64,000 nucleotides of DNA from Lama guanicoe (Eukaryota), in assembly GCA_013239625.1 (NCBI GenBank), contig MU054187.1, positions 2,675,757 through 2,739,756 of the forward strand, in the 5' to 3' direction. Each line of letters begins with the position of its first letter. The first letter of the stretch is position 1. Both the position numbers and the translations under genes were made by a program. The notes under the pieces are model-generated. The model made no database searches and was not told the origin of the DNA. It worked only from the letters and a program-made list of their open reading frames with translations. Positions 22,440-34,745 of the stretch are shown piece by piece.

Positions 22440-23045
22440 CGAACAGCCCCACCTTAGTGCCAGGTGGGGTGTAAGTCTACCTTCCCCACTAGGTCGCTGA
22501 GCATGGAACTACTGCTGCTGACCGGGGGCGCCCCCGTGGGCCCCACTGACCTGCAGGTGGGGGCCCCGTCCCCGGCTGGGAGGGCCGGCTTCTGCCTGGT
22601 CGTTCTGACGGCAGTGGGGGTCGGCCCTCCCCGGTCGGGTCTTGAGCGGTCAGGAGCGGAGCCCCCCAACTCCATCTCACGGGCGGGCTTGGGCTGAGCC
22701 GTGTGCTTTGTCTGTCTGTGTTTCGTATTTTAAAAACTGTATTTGCGGTACAGCCGACGTACAGCGCGGCGTCAGCTTCTGGAGCGCAGCGCAGCGGCTC
22801 AGTTACGTGCTCCTTCTCCCGCTGATTAGTTTTGGGGGTTTCCTGGGGCGCCGCGGCCGGACGCCCGTGCAGCGCCAGGGCGGGGCGTGCGGGGCGTGCG
22901 GGGCGTGCGGGGCCCCTGGAGGGGACACGCAGGGGGCCCCCGGCCATGCCCACGCCGGCCCCGGGCCGCAGGCCCCCGGCCAGCCCGCCGCCGCCTCGCC
23001 TCTTTCCAGTCTTCTTGTGCTCGTCTTCCACACCACGTCCGGGTG
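22440..23045. other. CpG island formed within L1-derived sequence; includes (GGGGCGTGC)x3 at 22882-22908
   Basis: GC- and CpG-dense block. 22741-22810 aligns with the AT-rich L1 3'-end copies at 23141, 28000, 34138 and 58628. Confidence 0.8.
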
Positions 23046-23109
23046 CTTCTGCTTGTACTTGTGGGATGGTCATTACGTGGATATATGCTTTTTGTTTGGT
23101 TTTTACTAT

Positions 23110-25030
23110 TTTACTGATATCTTGGTTTTCATTTTGTTAAATTGCAGTGCAGGTGATTTACAATGTGGTGGTAGTTTCCGGTGTACAGCATAGTGATTCT
23201 GTCATACAAACATATATACACATATTGTTTTTCAGATTCTTTTTCATTATAGGTTATTACAAGCCATTGAATGTAGTTCCCTGTGCTATACAGTAGGTCC
23301 TTGTTGTTTATCTGTTTTATATATAGTAGTTTGTATTTGCTAATACCAAACTCCTATTTATCCCTTCCCCATCCCCTTTCCCCTCTGGTTACCGTAAGTT
23401 CGTTTTCTGTATCTGTGAGTCTGTTTCTATTTTGTAAATAGGTTCATTTGTCTCATTTTTTTAGATTCCACATGTAAGTGATATCATATGATATTTGCCT
23501 TTTTCTGTCTGACTTATTTCACTTAGTATGATAATCTTCAGGTCCATCCGTGTTGCTGCAAGTGGCATGATTTTATTCTTTTTTATGGCTGAGTAGTGTT
23601 ACACTGTATGGATACATGCTTTTATCTCTCTTAGATAAATACTAAGAGTGGAATTGTATGGACTGAACCGTCAGTATATAGGCTTAACATGTTAAGAAAC
23701 TGCCGAGCTATTCTCTAACATGTTTGTACCACTATACGTTCTTGCCGCTCATGAACACTCACTCCAGCTCGTTCAAGTCTTCTTGAACAGTTGCTATGGG
23801 GTTTTAAAAATTTTAGCCTTTCTGATAGGTATGTAGTGGTATCTTATTGTGATATAACTTGTATTTCTCTGATGACTAGTGACTGGAGCATTTTTCATGT
23901 GCTTATTTGCCATCCATGTAATCATCCTTTTTTATGCTTATCTTATATCCTTTTTAATGGAATTGTTTGTTTTCTTCCTGTTATTGAGTTGAGAATATAT
24001 TTGTGTATTCTGGATCCAAGTGTTTTGTCAGATATTTATATTGCACATATTTTTTCCTAGTCTCTAGCTTGTGTTTTAATTTCTTAATGTGTCTTTTGAA
24101 GAAGGCACATTTTTAATTTTGATAATGCCCTATTTATCAAGTTTTTATAGTTTGAGTTTTTATTTCCCATGTCAGAAATCTTTACCTAACCAAAGCTCAT
24201 TTTCCCCTCTCTTTCCTTCTAGAAATTTTTTAATTTTAGGTTTTACATTTAAGTTTGTGATCTATTTTGAATTAATGTTTGTATGTGAATTGAGGTTCAC
24301 TGTGTTGCATATTAATCGGGCAGATAGTCCCTGCACTATCTGTTCAAAGGATTATCTTTTCTCCGTTTAATTATATTGGCACCTTTTCTTTAAAAAAACA
24401 TAAATTTTTGATCATACATGTGTGAGTCTATTTCTGGACTTTTTGTTGTGTTCAGATAATCTATATCACAATTAATACCACAGTGTCTTAAATACCGTAG
24501 AATTATAGCTAAGTGTTGAAATTTAGGTAGTATGAGTCCTTCAACTTTGTTCTACTTTGTAAAAAATTGTACTGGCTACTCTAGGTCTTTGCTGTTTCTG
24601 AGCCTTCCAACCCATGAACATGTCTCTCCGTTTATTTAGATCTCCTTTGATTTCTTTCATCAATATTTTGTATACTTTAGCACTTAAATATCACACATAT
24701 TTTGTTAGATTTATCCCTAAATATTTCATGTTTTCTGATATTGTTACAAGTATTACTATATCCTAAATTTCAATTTCTAATCATTGCTAGTTGATAGAAA
24801 CACGGTTGCTTTTAAAAAATGAATCCTGTGTCTTGTGACTTTGCTAACTCACTTACTAGTTCTGGCAGTTTTCTTTTTGGGAGACTGAGATTTTGTTCCT
24901 GGAAGGCTGTCACCTCTGTGGGTAAATGCGGTTTTATGTTTTCCTTTTCACATTGGATGCCTTTTGTTTCTTTTTCTCGCCTTATTGCACTGGCTAGGAC
25001 TTTCTGTACAATGTCAGGGAGGAGAAGCAC
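23110..25030 (-). mobile_element. LINE-1 3' end (23110-23610) followed by an older L1 ORF2/3' fragment
   Basis: T-rich head, then ggtgtacagcatagtgattc and ttttatggctgagtagt. The minus translation KVLASAIRREKETKGIQCEKE is ORF2 RT region. Confidence 0.85.
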
Positions 25031-25744
25031 CCAAGAGTCTTTCTTCTTCCTCTGTGACACAACTCATTGGCAAATAGTCTCCCAAGAGGGGAAACGGGCA
25101 TTTTGTGTTCTGGGCTCTGCCCCTATGACACCCCACCTTCAGAGGCAATCAAGCAGCTCAGTGTGAGGAGCGGGTAGAGTGAATTTTGGTGGTCTGGGGG
25201 CTTAGAAGGAGGGTGACTCCACCGTTGTGGTGGCTGTTCATCCTGGAGTGGACCTCCAGTGACTGTGGGTCCCTAGTGGGTAGACCCTAAACTGTGTTTG
25301 GGGCAGCCGGACTCAGAAGAGAATGACCATTCTTGCAACTAAGAGGGCGGGATGCTGTGGTAAATAGAGTAAGAAACTCTTCGAATCAAGATGTGGCTTT
25401 GAGGGAGTGAAGGCATACCCGGGGCAGTGTGTACCTTCGAAAGTCCCTGCCAGCCTGTGCTTGGGGAGAGGCAGGACAGCATTTGATGGCAGGTCTGGAC
25501 GCAGAGATATGGAAGCCCCAGTGGCAGTGGTTTGAGAAACCCCAGGGCTCCCGCCCACTCAGTGGTGGACGTCCAAGGGATCTCTTTTGGGACCGTGTAA
25601 GAGCCTGGAGTTTGTGGTTGATCAAGGAGAGGCTAAGAAGCTAAGAGTGTGAAATTGTACTTCCTGCCACTCACACACACAGGGAGTCGGATCAGTTTTA
25701 ATTTAATTGGGGGAAATGAAATAAATGAAAAATCCTGAAATTCC

Positions 25745-25965
25745 GGGAGGGATAAATCAGGGGTTGGGGATTAACAGACACATACTGCTATATATAAAAT
25801 AGGTAAACAACAAGGACCTACTGTAGAGCATAGGGAACTACATTCAATTCTTGTAATAACATATAATGGAAAAGAATCTGAAAAAAAATACGTATGCATA
25901 TGTATAACTTTGCTGTACGCCTGAAACATTGTAAATCAACTACACTTTAATAAAATTAAAAAAAT
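25745..25965 (+). mobile_element. 5'-truncated LINE-1 3' UTR with A tail
   Basis: gggagggataaatcagggg...aacaacaaggacctactgtagagcatagggaac...aataaaattaaaaaaa. Confidence 0.8.
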
Positions 25966-27989
25966 AGTTGAACTCCATAGTTTAGCATTTGTTTATATTG
26001 ATTACAGTGAGTTGAGGTCCGAGAAGCTTTCGAAAATTAGGCAGACGTGTTTGAACTTTAATTCTGTAGGCAAGACCGGATCATGAAATGTTTTTGAGAA
26101 TGCGCCTGCGTGCTAGGGCGCGGTGTCGTCGCAGGTGACGGTGTCCGGAAGCATGAAGGCTCAAGCAGGGAAGTCCTGGGCTGGACTGAGAAACCAACCA
26201 ATAATTTAATTTAATTTTTCAATTAAACTGAGCCTGTTTGGAGTGGAGGAGAAGTTAGAAAGCATCGGGAGAGAGAAAGCCCCGAGTGACACTACCTAAA
26301 AAGAACTTTCCCAGCAAGAGTTAAAAAGAGCTGCAAGATCTGAACATATTCCCACTCTTTCTTATCAGCCTAGAATGCATTTTAGTGGGTAGTTCTTGGC
26401 GGTGTCAAGGGAATAGACTTATTGTTCATGCGGAGGGTGGCAGCGCCATTTACCAGGGGGAACTTATTTAAGAACCCACACTCTTGGGCTCCTTCCAAGG
26501 CATTGTGAAAGTGCCGTACAGTGTCTGATTACTGTAAAGCGCCTTGTTCCTGCATTTTAGAAACAAAATTTTACCCGGCACACATCCTATTTCACACAGA
26601 ATTCTCTCTTCTGTTAAATACAGATAAAGAACGCAAGAATACGCATTGCAGAGCGGGAGTTCACCTTGATGTGGGATGAAAATGGGACCTGGTGCTTCTT
26701 GCGATCAGGTTCGTGGCAGGATGGGGTGCACATCAAATACGCACCCGAAAGTGCGATCTGATTTGGTTATGTTCTGAGTAGTTTACTGAGGGTGGCAGTC
26801 AGTTCTTAGGAATATAAAATGAAGGGACATTCGTTTCTTTTCCTCTTCTTCCTCCTTCATTAATTCCTCCTTCTTTAGGAGTGTGGCGTGTACAGGTATT
26901 TATGGATAGCGTCGTGACACTGCTTGGACATGGCGACACTGTCTTCCCTTAGGAGACACCAGCTCACCCCTTGAGCAGCAGGGGTGTCCTGGGGACTGCA
27001 CCTTCCTTGTCTGGCATAGAGACGTCAGCGGGTGGACCGGTGTCCGCCTTGATGAGCATTGCAGAAGCCACTAGGACCCTTGTGGGCAGCACGTGTTTTT
27101 CTTTTGCCAACTTGTAGCAGATTTACCTCCTTCTGAAAAAAATGCGTAGATTACATTACACACTCCTGAGGCCCATGGACTTTGTCCATGTTACCACGAA
27201 GCCATCAGAAGACCGAGGCAGGAGGCTTACTGCTCTGCACACGCTCTTCCTCTTCGACAGGGCGCTGGACGTGCGGCCCACCTTCACCGCTTCCAAGACT
27301 GCTTGTGGGTGGAGCAGAAGTCAGGTTTTCCAGCTCCGAAAAAAACATATTCATATAGGCTTGCTGTGGAGATGGAGCTAGTTAACAGTGGTTAACATTA
27401 ATGAAAGGTAAAAACTGTAAGGGAATAAATAATATTTGCTTGGGAATATCAAGGACTTTTAACATAGCCTAGACTGTGGTCCAGGAACGTGTGAACCAAG
27501 TTTGCGTTGCTCTTTAGGTCTTTCCCTGATGCCCGTTCCTGGATAACCCTGTGGGAAATGCTGATCTCGTGCTGAGAACCAGCCCACTTCTTGGTCTGGG
27601 AACAGGACTTCCCGTGAGAGTGACTTCTTTAATTTGTCCTCATCAGCTTCTCCCTGGAGCTTTGTGAGCTCTCTTCCTAAACCCACTGTCACCCTTTCCC
27701 TTCTCTGGGATGTCTCTGGGACTTGGGGATGTCTTTTTTTTTGTCCTATGCATCTGCCCTTGCTGTCATCACAACTCCTGTTCACTTGCTAGAAATGGTT
27801 CTGTTCTTAAGTAGGCCTTGGATCTGGTTTTGTTTTGTGCTAGCTCTGATTTCATGACAGCAGCTGCCTGTCCCACATCAGTTTCCTTTAAAATTGTCAA
27901 CCACAATTGTGTCACTTCCTGTTTTCAAGCTGATATTCCTTGTAGGAACTGTGACTGAGTTTTGGTTTGGATGCTTTTATACTCAGATA

Positions 27990-28855
27990 ATTTTTTTTTA
28001 TTGAAGTAGAGTCAGTTTACAATGTTGTGTCAATTTCTGGTGTACAGCTTAATGTTTCAGTCATACATATACATACATATATCCTTTTCATATTCTTTTT
28101 TGGTATAGGTTATTGCAAGGTATTGAATATAGTTCCATGTGCTATCCAGAAGAAACGTGTCGTTTATCTAGTTTATATAGAGTAGTTAGTATCTGCAAAT
28201 CTTGAACTCCCAGTTTATCCCTTCCCACCCCATCCCCCCTTCCCCTTCCTGGTAACTGTAAGTTTGTTTTCTATGTCTGTGAGTCTCTTCTTTTTTGTAA
28301 ATAAGTTAGTCTGTGTCTTTTTTTTTTCTTAGACTCCACATGTGAGTGATATCATATGGTATTTTTCTTTCTCTTTCTGGCTTACTTTACTTAGAATGAC
28401 AATCTCCAGGTATATCCTCACTGTAGCAGATAGCATTATTTTATTCTTTTTTATGGCTGAGTAGTATTCCATTGAATATATATACCACATCTTCTTTATC
28501 CAGTCATCTGTTAGTGGACACTTAGGTTGCTTCCATGTCTTGGCTATTGTAAATAATGCTGCTGTGAACATTGGGGTGTATATATCTCTTCAAATTAGAG
28601 TCTCTAGATATGTGCCCAGGAGTGGGATTGCTGGATCATAGGATAAGTCTATTTTTATTTAATTTATTTATTTTGAAGTACAGTCAATTACACTGTGTTC
28701 ATTTCTGGTGCACAGCACAATGTCCCAGTCATGCATATACATATATATATTTGTTTTCATACTTTTTTCATTAAAGGTTATTACAAGATATTGAATATAG
28801 TTCCTTGTGCGATACAGAAGAAATTTGTTTTTTAAAATATATATATATAGTGGCT
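27990..28855 (-). mobile_element. Two young LINE-1 3' ends (27990-28650 and 28655-28855)
   Basis: ORF 28329-28571 (-) reads MFTAALFTIAKTWKQPKCPLTDDWIKKMWYIYSMEYYSAIKK, the ORF2p C-terminus. Both have poly-T heads. Confidence 0.9.
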
Positions 28856-30429
28856 TGATTTCTAGAGTTTTATGTAAATGGAATCATGTAGTATACACTG
28901 TTTTTTGGTCTGGCTTATTTCATTTGGATTAATGATTTCCGAGATGCAGACGTGCGTGTGTATGTATCATTAGTCCTTTCCCCTTTTTACTGTTGCGTAG
29001 TGTTTCATTGACTGGATGAACCATAACTTGTCTATCCGTTCATCTATTGTTGGATGTTTGAGTTGTTTCTAGTTTCAGGTTACTACAAATAAAGCTGCTA
29101 TAGGCATTCTTGTTCAAGTCTTCGTACAGGTGCAGATCTTTTTTTCTCTAGGGTGTGTGCATATGTGGGATTGGAGTGGCTGAATCATGAGATAGTATAT
29201 ATTTAACTCTCTAAGAAATGCACAGATGTTTCCAAAGTGGTTGCAGTCTTTTCCTTCCCACCAGCAGCTTATGAGAGTTCTAGCTCCTCCACAGTCTCGC
29301 TAACACTCAGTGTGCTCTTTTAATTTAAGGCACTTCAGCCATTCTAATAGGTGTGTATGGGTATCTCGTGTTTTTGGTTTGCATTTTCCTAGTGGCTAAT
29401 GATGCTGAGTATCTTTTCATGTGCTTATTCAAGCCACCTATATGTGTTCTTTGGTGAAGTATTTGTTCAAATCTTTCTCCATTTTGGGGGATTACTTGCT
29501 TTTCTTTGTTTGTTGTTATTAGCATTCTTTATGTATTCTGTATACAAGCCCTTTATCAGATATATGCTTTGTAGAGATTGTCTTCCTGCCTGTGGATTAT
29601 CTTTTTGTTCTCTTAATAGTGTTTTTTTTGAAGACCAGAAATGTTAACTTTTGAAAGAGTCCAATTTTTTGAAATTTTCAGTAACAGACTTATCATATAA
29701 GCCACCCATTAAAATTATATAACTCAATGGTTTTTGGTATACTCCCAGAGCTGTGCAGCCATCACCACAACCAGTAGGATTTTTCTATCAGTTCAGAAAG
29801 AAGCCCCGCTGGCAGTCACTTCCTGTTTCCCTCCGACTGGAAACCCTTTCCTACTTCCTGTCTCCATAGATGTGTCTGTTGTGAACATTTCATACAAATG
29901 ACATCATGTAACATGTGGTCTTCTGTGGTTGGCTTCTTTATTGAGCACGTAGTCGAGATTCCTGCATGTTGTAGCGTGTATCAGTACCTCATTTGTTTTT
30001 ATCACAAAGTAGCATTCAGTCACATGCCACATACCTATTTTCTTTCTTTTTTATTGTGTAAAATACACATACTATAAAATTCACCATCTTTACCATTTTA
30101 AAGTGTACAGTACAAATTTCTTAAATAAATTCACTTTGTTGTGCAACCATCACCACCATCTATCCCCATAACTCTTTTCATTTTATAAATTGAAACTCTA
30201 CCTATTAATCAATAACTCCCCATTCTCCCTCGCCCCACCCCATCCCCTGACAACAAGCATTACAATTTCTGTCTTTATGATCTTGACTGTTTTAAGTACC
30301 TCATAAGTGGAACCGTACAGTATTTGTCTTTTTGTGACTGGCTTATTTCACTTAGCATAATGTCCTCAGGGTTTATCTGTGTTGTAGCATATTGCAGAAT
30401 TACCTTCCTTTTTAAGGTTAAATGGTATT

Positions 30430-30883
30430 CCAGTACCATGCTGTCTTGATGACTGTAGCTGTGTAGTATTGTCTGAAGTCTGGGAGAGTTATTCCTCCAG
30501 CCTCTTTCTTTCTCTTCAGCAATGCTTTGGCAGTTCTAGGTCTTTTGTGGCTCCATATAAATTTTATTATGATGTGTTCTAGTTCTGTGAAATATGTCCT
30601 GGGTAACTTGATAGGGATTGCATTAAATCTGCATATTTCCTTGGGCAGTGTGACCATTTTAACAATATTGATTCTTCCAATACAAGAGCATGGGATATCT
30701 TTCATTTTTTAAAATCTTCTTTAATTTCCTTCATCAATGGTTTATAGTTTTCTGTGTGTAATTCTTTCACTTCCTTGGTTAGATTTATTCCTAGGTATTT
30801 TATTACTTGGGGTGCTATTTTAAAGGGGATTGTTTCTTTACTTTGTTTTCTGTTGATTCATCGTTAGTGTAAAGAAATGCAAC
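30430..30883 (-). mobile_element. Young internal LINE-1 ORF2 fragment inserted into an older L1 3' end
   Basis: [34 protein letters not shown]...[23 protein letters not shown] is close to ORF2p consensus. No poly-A and no TSD are visible. Confidence 0.85.
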
Positions 30884-33800
30884 CATTTATTGGTTGATGA
30901 ACACTTGGGTTCCTTCGACATTTTAGCTATTGTGAGTAATGCTGCTAGGAACATAGGTCTACAAAAAATATCTTTGAGGCCCTGATTTCATGTATATATG
31001 ATATATACCTCGAAGTGGAATTGCTGGATCATGTGGCACGTCTAGTTTTAATTTTTTGAGGAACTGCCGTATTGTTTTCCATCGTGGCTGCACTGGAGTC
31101 CAGTCCCACCGGCAGTGCAGAAGGGTTCCAGTTTCTCAGGATCCTCATCAAACTTGCTATTTTCTGTTTTTTGATAGTTGCTCTCTTAATGGATGTAAAG
31201 GGTATCTCATTGTAGTTTTATTTGCATTTTCTAATGATTAGTAATGCTGAGCATCTTTTCATGTGCTTTTTGATCTTTTGTGTGTTTTTTGGGGGGAAAT
31301 GTCTATTAAAGTTCTTTGCTCAGTGTTGAATTTTTGCTGTTGTTGAGTTTTAGGAGTTCTCTGTATATTCTAGATTTTAACCCCTTATTGGATATCTTAC
31401 TTGCAGATATTGTCTTCCAGTCTGTGTGTTGCCTTCTTACTCTGGATTTTGTCTTTTGATGCAAAAAATTGAAACATTTTCATGAACCCAATTTCCCTAT
31501 TTTTTTTTCTTTTGTTACCTGTGTCTTTGGTGTCATATCCAAGAAGTCATTGCCAGATGTAATGCCGTGAAGATTTTGTCCTATGTTTTCTTCTAAGGGG
31601 CTTATTATTTGAGATCTTACATTTAGGTCCCTGATCTATTTTGAGTTAATTTTTGTGCGTGGTGTCAGGTAAGGGTCCAACTTCATTCTTTTGCATGTGG
31701 ACATCCAGTTTTTGCAGCAGAATTTGCTTAAAAGACTGTCTTTTCCCCATTTAATGGTCTTGGCACCCTTGTCACAAGTAATGGAACCATGTTTGCAAGG
31801 GTTTATTTATAGCCTGGATAATGCTTTTCCGCTGGTCTGTATGTCCGTCTTTATATCAGTAGCACAGTGTTTTGATTACGGCAGCTTTATAGTCAGTTTT
31901 GAAATCAGGAAGTGTGAATCCTCCAGGTTATTATTCCCCAAGATTGTTTTGTCTGTTTGGGATCTGGGGTTCCTTTAGATTCCTTATGAATTTTAGGGTG
32001 GGTTTTACTGTTTTTGCAAATAACATCATTGGGATTTTGATAGGGATTGTGTTGAACCTGTAGGTTGCTTTGAGTAGTATGGACATTTTAATAATAAGTC
32101 TTTCAATGCATGGGTGTAAATGTGTTTCCATTTATTTACGTCTCCTTTAATTTCTTTAGGCAACGTTTTGTAGTTTTCATTGTACACATCTCTCACCTCC
32201 TTGGTTAATTCCAAAGTATTTTACTCTTTTTGATGCTATTGCAGATGGAATTTATTTCAGATCATTGTTCGTGTGTCAAAATGCAGCTGATTTTTGCATG
32301 TCAACTTAGTATCCTGCTACTTTGCTGAATTTGTTCTAACAGCGTGGTGTCTTCAGGGTTTTCTACATATAGGATCACGTCACTTGTAAGCAGAGATCAT
32401 TTTACTTTGTTCTTTCCTATTTGAATACCTTTGATTACTTTTTCTTTCCTAATTGTTCTGTCTAGAACGTCCAGTACCGTGTTGAAAAGAAGTGGTGAAA
32501 ACCGGCCCCCTTGTCTTGCTCTTGAGCTTGGAGGAAAAGCTTTCCGTCTTTCAGCTTTGAGTATAATGTTTGCTCTGGGTTTCTCGTTATGGTTTTTATT
32601 ATGTTGAAGTAATTTCCTTTTATTCCTATTTTATTGAGTATTTTTACCATGAAAATGTGTTGAATTTTGTCAAATGCTTTTTCTGCCTCCATTGATATGA
32701 CTGTGTAGTTCTTTTCCTTAATTTTGTTGACAGGGCATATTACATGGATAGATTTTCATATGCTGAGTCGCCCTTGCACTCCAGAAGTAAATCCCGCTCG
32801 GTCATGATGGGTCATCTTTTCCCTGGGCTGCTGAATTCTGCTGCTAGTGTTTTGTTGATGATGTTTCTGTCAATGTTCGTAAGGGATATCGGCCTGTAGT
32901 CTTCTTTTCTTGTAGTATCATTTTCTGGCTTTGGTATCAAGGTTACGCTGGCCTAATGGAATGAGCTGGGAAGTCTTCCATCCTTTTCAAATTTTTGTAA
33001 ACGTTTAAGAAAGATTGGCATTAGTTCTTTTAATGGTAGAATTCATCAGCTGTCAGGTCCAGGACTTCTCTGTGTGGAAAGATTTGTGACGACTGATTTA
33101 ATCTCCTTGCTAGTTATGTGACTGTTCAGATTTTCTGTTTCTTTGTCATTTAGTCTTGGGAGGTTTTGTGTTTCTAGGACGTTGTCCCTTTCATCTAGGT
33201 TATTCAATTTTTTGGTGTGCTGTTGTTCAGAGTGCTTTCTTACCAGTTCTTTTTATTCCTGTAGAATCGATAGTAATGTCTCCAGTTTCATTTTTTATTT
33301 TAATATTATGAGTCTCCTCTCTCTTTTTCTTAGTCCGTCTAGCTAAAGGTTTTTTCGATTTTGTTGATCTTTTTCAAGAACCGACTTTTGGTTTTATTGA
33401 TTTTCTTTCTTGTTTCTCTCTTCTCTGCTTCGTTCATCTCTGCTCTAATCTGTATTATTTCCTTCCTTCTGCTAGCTTTGGGCTTAGTTTGTTCTTCTTC
33501 TAGTTTCTGAAGTTGTAAAGCTGGGTCGTTGATTTGGGATGTTTCTTACTTTTCTCATGTAAGCATTCATGGCTGAAGTCTTCCCCTTAGCGCTGCTTTT
33601 GCTGTGTCCCGTAAGTTTTGTTATGCTGTGTTTTCATTTTTATTCGTCTCTAGGAATTTTCTAATTTCCCTTGTGATTTCTTTTTTGATCCATTGCTTGT
33701 TTAAAAGTATATTGTTTAATTTGCACATTTTGTGCATTTTCCAATTTTACTTTTGTATCATTTCTAACGATTCTGCTGTGGTCAGGTAAGGTACTTTGTA

Positions 33801-34124
33801 TGATATCTATTTTTTTTTAAGTCTGTTGAGGCTTAATTTGTTGCCTCACGTATGGTCTATCTTGGAAAATATTCCTTGTGGATTTGAGAAAAGTGTATAT
33901 GCTGCTGTTTTGGGGCAGAGTGTTCTGTCTATGTCTGTCAGATTTAGTTAGGTCTTGTGTTAAGTCTTCTCTTTCTTCCCTTATTTTCTGTCTGGCTGTT
34001 CTGTCCATCATTGTAAGTGGGGTATTGATGTCTCCACCTGTTGTTGTAGATCTGTCTGTTTCTACCTTCATTCTGTCAGTTTTTGCCTCATCTATTTTGA
34101 TGATCTGTCATTACGTGTGTAATT

Positions 34125-34745
34125 TTTTCATTTTTAAATTGATGTATAGTTGATGCACAATGTTGTAGAAGTTACAGGTGTACAATATAGTGATTCAAAG
34201 TTCTTAAAGTCTATACTCCATTTATAGTTACTATAAAACACTGGCTATATTCCCCACATTGTACAATACATCCTTGTAGCTTATTTTATACATAATAGTT
34301 TATAATTAATCCCCTGTCCCTATCTTCACCCTCCTCCCTTCCTTCTCCCCACTGGTAACCACTACTTTGTTCTCTTTATCTGTAAGTCTGTTTCTTTTTT
34401 GTTATAGTCACTAGTTTCTTGTATTTTTTAGATCCCACATAGAAGTGATATCATACAGTATTTGTCTTTCTCTGTCTAACTTATTTCACTTGGCATAATA
34501 CCTTCCAAGTCCATTCATGTTGCTGCAAATGGAAAAATTTCATTATTTTTCAATGGCTGAGTAGTATTCCATGTGTATATATACACCACATCTTCTTTAT
34601 CCATTTATATGTTGATGGACACTTAGGTTGTTTACATATATTGGAAATTGTAAATAATGCTGCTATGAACATTGGAGTGTCTTTTAAAATTAGTGTTATT
34701 GTTCTTTTCAGATATATACCCGGGGTGGAATTGCTGTGTCATATG
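34125..34745 (-). mobile_element. LINE-1 3' end inserted in the long L1
   Basis: T-rich head, caggtgtacaatatagtgattc and ggctgagtagtattcc. Flanked by gtgtaa on both sides (possible TSD). Confidence 0.8.

Larger units (their letters stand above)
20290..22700 (-). mobile_element. Old LINE-1 segments (ORF2 linker, ORF1, 5' region) interrupted by MER44 and an LTR
   Basis: Minus-strand translations include KSWFFEKVDKINKLLA (ORF2) and EKLLEEVITE / RELRDLWG (ORF1-like). Confidence 0.75.
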
